Positions 1 to 10,267 of a stretch of DNA of 64,000 nucleotides are shown here, in pieces; the first letter of the stretch is position 1; each line of letters starts with the position of its first letter. This DNA comes from Macrostomum hystrix. Its lineage: Eukaryota > Animalia > Platyhelminthes. The translations under genes were made by a program, and so were the position numbers. Below the pieces are notes generated by a model, which was not told the DNA's origin, did no database searches, and saw only the letters and a list, made by a program, of their open reading frames with translations. Where the stretch lies: assembly GCA_950097015.1 (NCBI GenBank), contig CATNEN010000005.1, forward strand, positions 3,038,001-3,102,000, read 5' to 3'.

Positions 1-860
1 TTCCCAATCGAGATCATCCTATTCCCTCAAGTTACCAATCGAGATCATCCTATTCCCTCAAGTTCCCAATCGAGATCATCCTATTCCCTCAAGTTCCCAA
101 TCGAGATCATCCTAATCCCTCAAGTTACCAATCGAGATCATCCTATTCCCTCAAGTTAACAATCGAGATCATCCTATTCCCTCAAGTTCCCAATCGAGAT
201 CATCCTATTCCCTCAAGTTCCCAATCGAGATCATCCTATTCCCTCAAGTTCCCAATCGAGATCATCCTAATCCCTCAAGTTCCCAATCGAGATCATCCTA
301 TTCCCTCAAGTTCCCAATCGAGATCATCCTAATCCCTCAAGTTACCAATCGAGATCATCCTATTCCCTCAAGTTAACAATCGAGATCATCCTATTCCCTC
401 AAGTTCCCAATCGAGATCATCCTATTCCCTCAAGTTCCCAATCGAGATCATCCTATTCCCTCAAGTTCCCAATCGAGATCATCCTAATCCCTCAAGTTAC
501 CAATCGAGATCATCCTATTCCCTCAAGTTAACAATCGAGATCATCCTATTCCCTCAAGTTCCCAATCGAGATCATCCTATTCCCTCAAGTTCCCAATCGA
601 GATCATCCTATTCCCTCAAGTTCCCAATCGAGATCATCCTATTCCCTCAAGTTCCCAATCGAGATCATCCTATTCCCTCAAGTTCCCAATCGAGATCATC
701 CTATTCCCTCAAGTTTCCAATCGAGATTATCCTAAATCGCTCAAATCCCAATCGAGATCATCCTAATCCCTCAAATCCCAATCGAGATCATCCTAATCCC
801 TCAAATCCCAATTGCGATCATCCTAAGCCCTTAAATCCCAATGATCTTTTGATTCTCAAA
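1..860 (+). repeat. 31-bp minisatellite TTCCCAATCGAGATCATCCTATTCCCTCAAG (cry intron)
   Basis: Direct tandem copies, degenerating after about 715. Confidence 0.95.
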
Positions 861-950
861 TCCCAATTGATGTTACCTATTTTCCCAACCACAAAATCAA
901 GCCACTATTCTCTAAACACTGATGAGATCCTCAAAGTTCGCACCTAATAG

Positions 951-1376
951 GGCGACTTCATTCGTCATTACCTGCCGCGATTGTCTCGCCTGCCTATTCG
1001 CTACCTGCACGAGCCCTGGCTAGCTCCCCTGGCTGTACAGGAGGCTGCCTGTTGCTTATTGGGACGCGATTATCCCAATCCGCTGATCCCTGATCTGGAC
1101 GCGGCTGCGCGAGATTGCGCCACTCGCCTGCGAGCTACTTACGCTGCCCTCCTAGCTCAAGCTGCTCAGCCTGCGTCCGTTGCCGCCTCCGCCGCTGCCG
1201 CCGCTTCTGCCAGAGCCATCCCGCCATCGTTAACTCCGAGACCACAGTCACAGCAGCAGCAGCAGCAGCAATTTTCATTTTTAGACCGGCCGAATCTTCT
1301 TGATGACGATCATTTCGTATTGGACATGCTGGCCTCGCCAAGTAATGACGAAGACGATGTTTCACTAGTTGGCTAA
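951..1376 (+). CDS. cry: Last coding exon of a cryptochrome/(6-4) photolyase family gene; upstream exons lie outside the window
   Basis: Acceptor ctaatag|GGC at 950/951, in frame with ORF 981. Translation GDFIRHYLPRLSRLPIRYLHEPWLAPLAVQEAACCLLGRDYPNPL matches the C-terminal end of the animal CRY/6-4 photolyase FAD-binding domain, followed by a low-complexity tail; stop at 1374-1376. Confidence 0.88.
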   Translation, partial: GDFIRHYLPRLSRLPIRYLHEPWLAPLAVQEAACCLLGRDYPNPLIPDLDAAARDCATRLRATYAALLAQAAQPASVAASAAAAASARAIPPSLTPRPQSQQQQQQQFSFLDRPNLLDDDHFVLDMLASPSNDEDDVSLVG

Positions 1377-1454
1377 TCATTTTTAGTTTGATTGTACACG
1401 CACAATTAGTTACAAGTAGAACAATAGTGAATTGTCACCTGTAGGTTCTGAGAT

Positions 1455-1935
1455 TTTTTAAGAATAAAGACCTGCAGTTCTGTAGGTTTTTTTTAAATAA
1501 AGAACTTCACTTTTGTAGGTTTTTTGACGAATGAAGACCTTTAGTTTGGCAGTTTGGTAGGTTTGTCGGGGAATAAAGACTTGCAGTTTTGTAGGTTTAT
1601 TGACGAATAAAGACCTGTAGTTTGTAAGTTTAATGGTGTATAAAGACCTGTAGTTTTGTAAGTTTATTGATGAATAAAGACCTGTAGTTTTGTAAGTTTA
1701 TTGATGATTAAAGACCTGCAGTTTTGTAAGTTTAATGTTGTATAAAGACCTGTAGTTTTATAAGTTTATTGACGAATAAAGACCTGTAGTTTGTAAGTTT
1801 AATGGTGTATAAAGACCTGTAGTTTTGTAAGTTTATTGATGAATAAAGACCTGCAGTTTGTAAGTTTATTGATGAATAAAGACCTGCAGTTTGTAAGTTT
1901 ATTGATGAATAAAGACCTGCAGTTTTGGATGTTTT
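1455..1935 (+). repeat. About 34-bp minisatellite GAATAAAGACCTGTAGTTTTGTAAGTTTATTGAT downstream of the cry stop
   Basis: Tandem, moderately diverged; nine AATAAA hexamers. Confidence 0.85.
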
Positions 1936-2504
1936 TTGTATTGATGGACACTCGAAACTTTTGCAGTTTTTTATGGTTCTTGTGTTTAGTTGTTGACTGA
2001 AGATTAACAGTTTTCAGTTTTTTTCTTTCGATGAAAAAAGAAAGTGCATTGAAAAACTTTACAGTTTGAATCAATATTATGACAATTTATTTACTTACAA
2101 TAAATATGTACATTTTTGTGTGCTAATAAAATATAATATATAAAGCTTTATCCGTCCTTGTGTTTACTTTAACATTCAACATTCCTACAGTGTTGCTTCT
2201 ATTAACTTATTTTTTTCTTATCATCTACAATTGATATTCTATTTTTATCCTATTTTTATCTCGCTAAAACAATAATCATTGTGCTCAGAATTTCGCTTTG
2301 TTGGCGCGTGTTTTTTTACACAATAGCAAATTATTTATAAATATACTCTCTTTTGACTAAAGCGTTGAGTTGAGTAGTTCAGTGGCTACTGTGTTGCATT
2401 TATTATTGCGGGTCTAGTTTTAAGCAGGTAATAACATAGTTACAAGACCCTTATATTTCACCCCCTTTACGATATTTAGGATTCGTTTATTTCCGATTTT
2501 TCAT

Positions 2505-2870
2505 CACCTACTCGTTGATTATAAAGAAATCGTTAGTTTTTGTTTATTAATCGTTACTTATTTTTTAATCTGGATTTGTGTTAAAAATGTATATTTTGTT
2601 AACTCGTTAGTTTTTGTTTACAATCGTTACTTATTTTGTATATTTTGTTTGTATATTTTGTTTACTCGTTAGTTTTTGTTTATTAATCGTTACTTATTTT
2701 TTAATCTGGATTTCTGTTAAAAATGTATATTTTGTTAACTCGTTAGTTTTTGTTTATAATCGTTACTTATTTTTAAATCTGGTTTTGTGTTAAAAAATGT
2801 ATATTTTGTTTACTCGTTAGTTTTTGTTTATTAATCGTTACTTATTTTTAAATCTGGTTTTATGTTGACA
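2505..2870 (+). repeat. About 75-bp AT-rich degenerate tandem repeat (TCGTTAGTTTTTGTTTATTAATCGTTACTT...)
   Basis: About five recurring blocks upstream of the NKRF start codon. Confidence 0.75.
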
Positions 2871-3054
2871 ATATGTTTTGTTTTTAAATCGTTACTCAAC
2901 GTTACTTATTGTCTCAGCTTCGTTAGTCTTTTTTCGTTTGTTTTTTTGTCGAACGGCTTATGAGTAGTTAGGATTTAGTTCATTTGTAAATTATGTTTAT
3001 CCAATATATATGCATGAAACCTTTCAGCCAAAACTCAGTCAGTTCCAAGTCGCA

Positions 3055-6000
3055 ATGTCCTCCGCCGACGATTTAATCAGCAGTTTGCGTAAAGAATTCG
3101 AAAATCCAACGGAATGGAAACGGAGGCAGGCATTTTTGAAGCTGAACTTCAACCAGCTGCCGTTTGACAGGCTGGTGTGCTTGTCGCATTGCTTTGTTAA
3201 CAGCAGCCTGAATGGCGCAGTATATCCCGAGAGGGTCATGGATGAGGTTTGTTAGCTTGAAAACATCTCAGTTCATATAAAGATCCCATTAAGATACTAA
3301 AAATATCCCTATTAGATCCACAACGAATCCCAATTATATCCTCTCAAGAATCCTAGTTAGATCCTATGAAGAATCCCAATTTGATCCTATGAAGAATCCC
3401 AATTTGATCCTATGAAGAATCCCAATTTGATCCTAAGAAGAATCCCAATTTGATCCTATGAAGAATCCCAATTTGATCCTATGAAGAATCCCAATTTGAT
3501 CCTAAGAAGAATCCCAATTTGATCCTAAGAAGAATCCCAATTTGATCCTATGAAGAATCCCAATTTGATCCTAAGAAGAATCCCAATTTGATCCTAAGAA
3601 GAATCCCAATTTGATCCTATGAAGAATTCCAATTTGATCCTATGAAGAATCCCGATTTGATCCTATGAAAAATCCCAATAACATCCTTTGTATAATTCCA
3701 ATTATATCCTCTGAAGAATCCTAATTAGATCCTCTGAAGAATCCCAATTAGATCCTATGAAGAATCCCAATTATATCATATGAAGAATCCTAATTAGATC
3801 CTATGAAGAATCCCAATAACATCCTTTGTAGAATCCCAATTTGATCCTATGAAGAATCCCAATTAGATCCTCTGAAGAATCCCAATAACATCCTTTGTAG
3901 AATCCCAATTTGATCCTATGAAGAATCCCAATTAGATCCTCTGAAGAATCCCAATTAGATCCTATGAAGAATCCCAATAACATCCTTTGTAGAATCCCAA
4001 TTTGATCCTATGAAGAATCCCAATTAGATCCTCTGAAGAATCCCAATTAGATCCTATGAAGAATCCCAATTAGATCCATCAATAATCCCAATTAGATTCT
4101 ATGAAGAATCCCAATTAGATCCTATGAAGAATCCTAATTAGATCCTTTGAAGAATCCCAATTAGATCCTATTAAGAATCCCAATTTGATCCTTTGAAGAA
4201 TCTCAATTAGATCATATGAAGAATCCCAATTAGATCCATCAATAATCCCAATTAGATTTTATGAACAATCCCAATTAGATCCTATAAAGAATCCCAATTA
4301 GATCCTATGAAGAATCCTAATTAGATCCTTTGAAGAATCCCAATTAGATCCTATTAAGAATCCCAATTAGATCCAATGAAGAATCCCAATTAGATCCTAT
4401 GAAGAATCCCAATTAGATCCTTTGAAGAATCCCAATTAGATCCTATGAAGAATCCCAATTAGATCCTATGAAGAATCCTAGTTAGATCCTATGAAGAATC
4501 CCAGATATACAGATCCCTGAAGCAATACGATAAGTCTCGTTATCCTTGGTCTTCGCCCCCCCCTAAAATCTATTTAGGTCGAGCAGTATTCTCGCGCAAT
4601 CGACGTCTACTTAGCTGGTAACGGAGGCGAGGGCGATTCTGGCGCCGCTAACGGTAAGCACCGACCGTCTGTTGATCGGGGATTGCAGCAGCAACAGCAG
4701 CAGGAGCAGCATCGTCCAAGGGATTCTCCTCCGCTAAAAAGGAGTCGTTATTAAACACGTCTAGCTTGGACTTATTCTTTTTAATCAACTACTATGAGTA
4801 ATAAGCTGCATCAATGCTACTATTTAATCGAGTCTACTTAGTTAAGTAGCATAATTTGACTTTTTTAGTTAGTCAATTTAGCTTGTTCTATATGCGACAA
4901 GCAAAAATTCGGTATGTCGTTTTTTGTCCTCTGTTTGACATTGCTTTAACCGCAGAGTCTGTTTTAAATTCAAATAAATACGACTCTTGCGACAGTCGGT
5001 TAAAATATTGTGTGCTGATTGCATTGTTTTAAAATATTTCTTAGATAAATTGTCTATAAGTACATCGAATTGTAAAGATAGAGTTTAGAAGATTCTGAAA
5101 CAATTATCTGCTTTGAGAAGATTCCACTTTGGGTAGATTCTGCTTTACAAAGATTTTACTTTCGGCAGGTTCTGATTTTGAAAGTATCTGCTTTGGGAAG
5201 ATTCTGCTTTGGAAAGACATTATTATTACATTCAGCAGATTTTCATTTGAAAAAAAATTTGCTTTTGGAAAATTATGCTTTTAGAATATTCTATTTTGAA
5301 AAGATTCAGTTTTGGAAAATATTTTTTAGAAGATTCCGCTTTGGGAAGGTTCCGCTTTGGGAAGATTCCGCTTTGGGAAGATTCCCCCTTTTGGAAGATT
5401 CCGCTTTGGGAAGATTCCCCCTTTTGGAAGATTCCGCTTTGGGATGATTCCCCCTTTTGGAAGATTCCGCTTTGGGAAGATTCCGATTTTGAAAGATTCC
5501 GCTTTCGGAAGATTCCGCTTTAGGAAGATTCCGCTTTGGGAAGATTCTGCTTTGGGAAGATTCCACTTTGGGAAGATTCTGCTTTGGGAAGATTCCATCA
5601 CTATCGGCTGTTTCTATATTAAGATATACTAATTACAAATAGCAACAAATATTACATTTTATCTAGCGATTTTGCGTCTGCCGTTTCATGTTTAATCTGT
5701 TTATTTCTAACTTTAATTTGCAAATAGACATTCTTCACGCAGCTAATGGTATTTTTCTTCGCCACTTTCCCTAGCCTCATCAAGTCAAAAGCGGCCTGTT
5801 CAGAAGATTTCGAAACTCGCCGGCGAAGTCGACACCGACGAACCGTCGTGGAAGCGGCACAGGCAGGATGCTGACGAAGCCGGAGCTGTTGACAATAAAC
5901 GGCCGAGACCATTAGATCTGGACTCGCAGTTGTTGAAGCAGCAGCAGCAGCAGCAGCAGCAAGCTATAACAGCCGACAATGCCGACTCAGCGGAAGTGAA

Positions 6001-8128
6001 TTTGGACGGCATCAATTTTACAGATTTCTATCTGCGCGAAATTGAAAACGACGACAATGCGCAGCCGAACAGCTCTTCAAATCCGGCTAATATTTTGAAA
6101 TGTTCCACTGATTTCTGTCGTCGGACTTTAGATTATCAATTTGATAATGTAGGATCTAATTGTGCCAGGTGTAGCATTCTGATGGAAGGCAAGAGGGTGT
6201 CGGTTCTGACTGCCGAGTCCAAGGCCGTCGCCAAAGCTGGCGCCAGCGCCGGCCTGTTGACAGCTCTCCGGCAGCGCTGCTGGACACTGATTGTGCGCTC
6301 TGATAGGGCCTTCATCAGGGCTCAGGCTGATGCCGGGATTGCTAGGCCCACTGCTGATGCTGCGGAACTGACTCATCAAACTACTGGTAATTAATCATTT
6401 GACTGCCATTTTAGCACTTCAGGTTAGGTTCAGGCTGATCCACTCTAGGAACGAGTACTTTAGGGTATCTCTAGTACTTCAATAACTACTCAACATAGTA
6501 CTTCAAGGGCTACTCAACATAGTACTTCAAGGGCTACTCAACATAGTACTTCAAGGGCTACTCAACATAGTACTTCAAGGGCTACTCAACATAGTACTTC
6601 AAGGGCTACTCAACATAGTACTTCAAGGGCTACTCAACATAGTACTTCAAGGGCTACTCAACATAGTACTTCAAGGGCTACTCAACATAGTACTTCAAGG
6701 GCTACTCAACATAGTACTTCAAGGGCTACTCAACATAGTACTTCAAGGGCTACTCAATATAGTATTTTAAGGGCTACTATACCTATGGGCTACTATACCT
6801 AGTACTTCAAGGGCTACTATACCTAGTACTTTATGGGCTACTATACCTATGGGCTACTATACCTAGTACTTCAAGGGCTACTATACCTAGTACTTCAAGG
6901 GCTACTATACCTAGTACTTCAGGGGCTACTATACCTAGTACTTTAGTGGCTACTATACCTAGTACTTTAGTGGCTACTATACCTAGTACTTTAGTGGCTA
7001 CTAAACCTAGTACTTCAAGGGCTACTAAACCTAGTACTTTATTAGGGGCTACTAAACCTAGTACTTCAAGGGCTACTATACCCAGTACTTCAAGGGCTAC
7101 TATACCTAGTACTTTAGTGGCTACTATACCTAGTACTTTAGTGGCTACTATACCTAGTACTTTAGTGGCTACTAAACCTAGTACTTCAAGGGCTACTAAA
7201 CCTAGTACTTTAGGGGCTACTAAACCTAGTACTTCAAGGGCTACTATACCCAGTACTTCAAGGGCTACTATACCTAGTACTTCACGGGCTACTATACCTA
7301 GTACTTTAGGGGCTACTATACCTAGTACTTTAGGGGCTACTATACCTAGTACTTCAAGGGCTACTATACCTAGTACTTTAGGGGCTACTATACCTAGTAC
7401 TTTAGTGGCTACTATACCTAGTACTTTAGTGGCTACTAAACCTAGTACTTCAAGGGCTACTAAACCTAGTACTTTAGGGGCTACTAAACCTAATACTTTA
7501 GGGGCTACTAAACCTAGTACTTCAAGGGCTACTATACCTAGTACTTCAAGGGCTACTAAACCTAGTACTTTAGGGGCTACTAAACCTAGTACTTCAGGGT
7601 AGACGCTGATCCTTTTTAACCCTCAATTTCGAATCGCTAGATAAGATCAGCTCGGACAATGTCGGCCATCGCCTATTGAAAGGCATGGGCTGGTCAGGCA
7701 CCGGCGGTATTGGCAAACGATTGGACGGCCGATCTGAACCAGTTGCCAACGATGTTCGAGTTGTGAGTCGAGCCGGTCTAGGTGCAACAGCTGGCTCGAA
7801 TTCCGGCGCCTCTGCAGCCGCCGCCGCATTCAATGCCGCAATTAATCGCGTGTTAAAAGAATTTCAAAGCGATCCCAACGATCGCGACGATCTGTTCTTT
7901 GCCGCCGACTTTGATAACGAGGAGCGTCGCTACGTTCACGCCCAGTGCCTCAGGCTTGGCCTGGCTAGCCGTTCCTACAGCGGCGATGACGGAGCCAGAT
8001 GCTTGGTGGTTAGCCGGAAGAGGACAGCTAGCGAGCTCATCGATTTTGTGAGACGCAATGGCGGAGCCACTGTTCGATACCGATTGGTTGCACCCGGAGA
8101 CAGGGAAACGCATGAAGAGGCCGAGTGA
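3055..8128 (+). CDS. NKRF: NKRF-like protein (XTBD + dsRBD-like + G-patch + R3H), about 455 aa; exons 3055-3246, 4578-4653, 5775-6386, 7641-8128
   Basis: Exon 1 SLRKEFENPTEWKRRQAFL...LVCLSHCFVN...GAVYPERVMDE is an XRN2-binding domain (XTBD). Exon 3 NPANILKCSTDF...AKAGASAGLLTALRQ resembles the NKRF dsRBD-like fold. Exon 4 ISSDNVGHRLLKGMGWSGTGGIG is a G-patch and EERRYVHAQCLRLGLASRSY is an R3H. Junction phases 0/1/1 are consistent; total 1368 nt. Confidence 0.9.
3335..4505 (+). repeat. 23-bp minisatellite GAAGAATCCCAATT(T/A)GATCCTAT (NKRF intron 1)
   Basis: Direct tandem copies. Confidence 0.95.
4973..4978 (+). other. Candidate intronic poly(A) signal for a short NKRF isoform
   Basis: AATAAA about 220 nt after the in-frame stop at 4752-4754. 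Confidence 0.35.
5110..5600 (+). repeat. 16-bp minisatellite TTCCGCTTTGGGAAGA (NKRF intron 2)
   Basis: Core 5330-5595 with a degenerate left flank. Confidence 0.85.
6470..7598 (+). repeat. 24-bp minisatellite TAGTACTTCAAGGGCTACT(CAACA/ATACC) (NKRF intron 3)
   Basis: Homogeneous left block switches to a variant right block. Confidence 0.95.
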
Positions 8129-8194
8129 AACCAACACATTTTCGATGCTTTCCTGGTGACAGTTTTCATTTTTATATGCATTACAATTACATGG

Positions 8195-8630
8195 TTCCTT
8201 AGGTTCCTTAACGGAAGCTGTAGGTTCCCTACTGGAAGCTGTGTAGGTTCCTTAAGGGAAGCTGCAGGTTCCTTAATCGAAGCTGTAGGTTCCTTAATCG
8301 AAGCTGTAGGTTCCTTGATCGAAGCTGTAGGTTCGTTAATGGAAGCTGTAGGTTCATTAACGGAAGCTGTGTAGGTTCCTTAATGGAAGCTGTGTATGTT
8401 CCTTAACGGAAGCTGTAGGTTCCTTAACGGAAGCTGTAGGTTTTTTCATGAAAGCTGTTGGTTACCTAATCGAAGCTGTGTAAGTTCCTGAATGTAAGCT
8501 GTAGGTTCCTTAACGGAAGCTGTAGGTTCCCTATTGTAAGCTGTAGGTTCCTTATTGGCAGCTGTAGGTTCCTTAATGGAAGCTGTAGGTTTGTTAGTGA
8601 AAGCTGTGTAGCTTCGTTAATGGAAGCTAA
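8195..8630 (+). repeat. 21-bp minisatellite GGAAGCTGTAGGTTCCTTAAC (3' of NKRF)
   Basis: Diverged tandem copies. Confidence 0.85.
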
Positions 8631-8984
8631 TGTTTACCATTACATTAGTTTTTATGTTGTATCTTGCATCAGAAGCTTGGCTTGCGAAGGCAGCTATCCT
8701 TCAATAGGCTATAAAATGCAGGTGAAACCCCAGAATGTTTTATTCGAAATATGATTTTCTCGACTAATCTAAGTTTTTTAACAATAATATTCATCCTAAT
8801 ATTACACTCCTTGTGAAATTGAATGCTTTGAAAAAGTTTGTCTGGAAGTTGTTTTTGTTATCCCAATTCAATTTGTAAAAAAATAAATAATAATATTTTT
8901 CTTGCTGTCGACCGCTTCTGTGGTTCTATTGTGATAAAGTTGACCATTTTGCGTTTCTTTTTTCGTAATAAAACATAAGCAGCT

Positions 8985-10138
8985 GTGAGATAAGAAAGAT
9001 GGCAGGTGTGATGTAAGAACCATGGCAGGCCAGAGATAAGAAAAATGACAGGTGAGCGATAAGGAAGATGTCAGGCGAGCGATAAGAAAGACGTCAGGTG
9101 AGAGATAATAGAGATGGCAGGTGAGAGATAATAGAGATGGCAGGTGAGAGATAATAGAGATGGCAGGTGAGAGATAATAGAGATGACAGGTGAGAGATAA
9201 TAGAGATGACAGGTGAGAGATAATAGAGATGGCAGGTGAGAGATAATAGAGATGGCAGGTGAGAGATAATAGAGATTCAGTTGAGAGATAATAGAGATGG
9301 CAGGTGAGAGATAATAGAGATGGCAGGTGAGAGATAATAGAGATTCAGTTGAGAGATAATAGAGATGGCAGGTGAGAGATAATAGAGATGGCAGGTGAGA
9401 GATAATAGAGATTCAGTTGAGAGATAATAGAGATGACAGGTGAGAGAAAATAGAGATGGCAGGTGAGAGATAATAGAGATGGCAGGTGAGAGATAATAGA
9501 GATGGCAGGTGAGAGATAATAGAGATGACAGGTGAGAGATAATAGAGATGGCAGGTGAGAGATAATAGAGATGGCAGGTGAGAGATAATAGAGATTCAGT
9601 TGAGAGATAATAGAGATGGCAGGTGAGAGATAATAGAGATGGCAGGTGAGAGATAATAGAGATTCAGTTGAGAGATAATAGAGATGACAGGTGAGAGATA
9701 ATAGAGATGGCAGGTGAGAGATAATAGAGATGGCAGGTGAGAGATAATAGAGATGGCAGGTGAGAGATAATAGAGATTCAGTTGAGAGATAATAGAGATG
9801 GCAGGTGAGAGATAATAGAGATGGCAGGTGAGAGATAATAGAGATTCAGTTGAGAGATAATAGAGATGGCAGGTGAGAGATAATAGAGATGGCAGGTGAG
9901 AGATAATAGAGATGGCAGGTGAGAGATAATAGAGATGGCAGGTGAGAGATAATAGAGATGGCAGGTGAGAGATAATAGAGATGACAGGTGAGAGATAATA
10001 GAGATGGCAGGTGAGAGATAATAGAGATGGCAGGTGAGAGATAATAGAGATGGCAGGTGAGAGATAATAGAGATGGCAGGTGAGAGATAATAGAGATGGC
10101 AGGTGAGAGATAGTAAAGATAACAGGTGAGAGATAAGT
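8985..10138 (+). repeat. 23-bp purine-rich minisatellite GAGATAATAGAGATGGCAGGTGA
   Basis: Direct tandem copies ending about 130 nt before the brn ATG. Confidence 0.95.
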
Positions 10139-10267
10139 CAGACGGTAGTAGTGCTAGTAGAGATGCATTTTAACAAACTGGTTAATAAACTATGCGCAAT
10201 TAAATTTTCCAGTTGCTCCGCATTTGTCAAGCCAATATCGGCTAGGTAACGGAGGCGAGAAGCGGAC

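Noticed and set aside
3010-3054. Upstream ATG extending NKRF by 15 aa
   Set aside because: Possible but unsupported; XTBD similarity begins after the ATG at 3055, which I used as the start.
6946-7602. 218-aa mucin-like ORF (ATIPSTLV/ATKPSTSR)
   Set aside because: It is the 24-bp array inside NKRF intron 3. A stop-free frame is expected from a unit divisible by 3, and it is out of step with the validated 6386/7641 junction.
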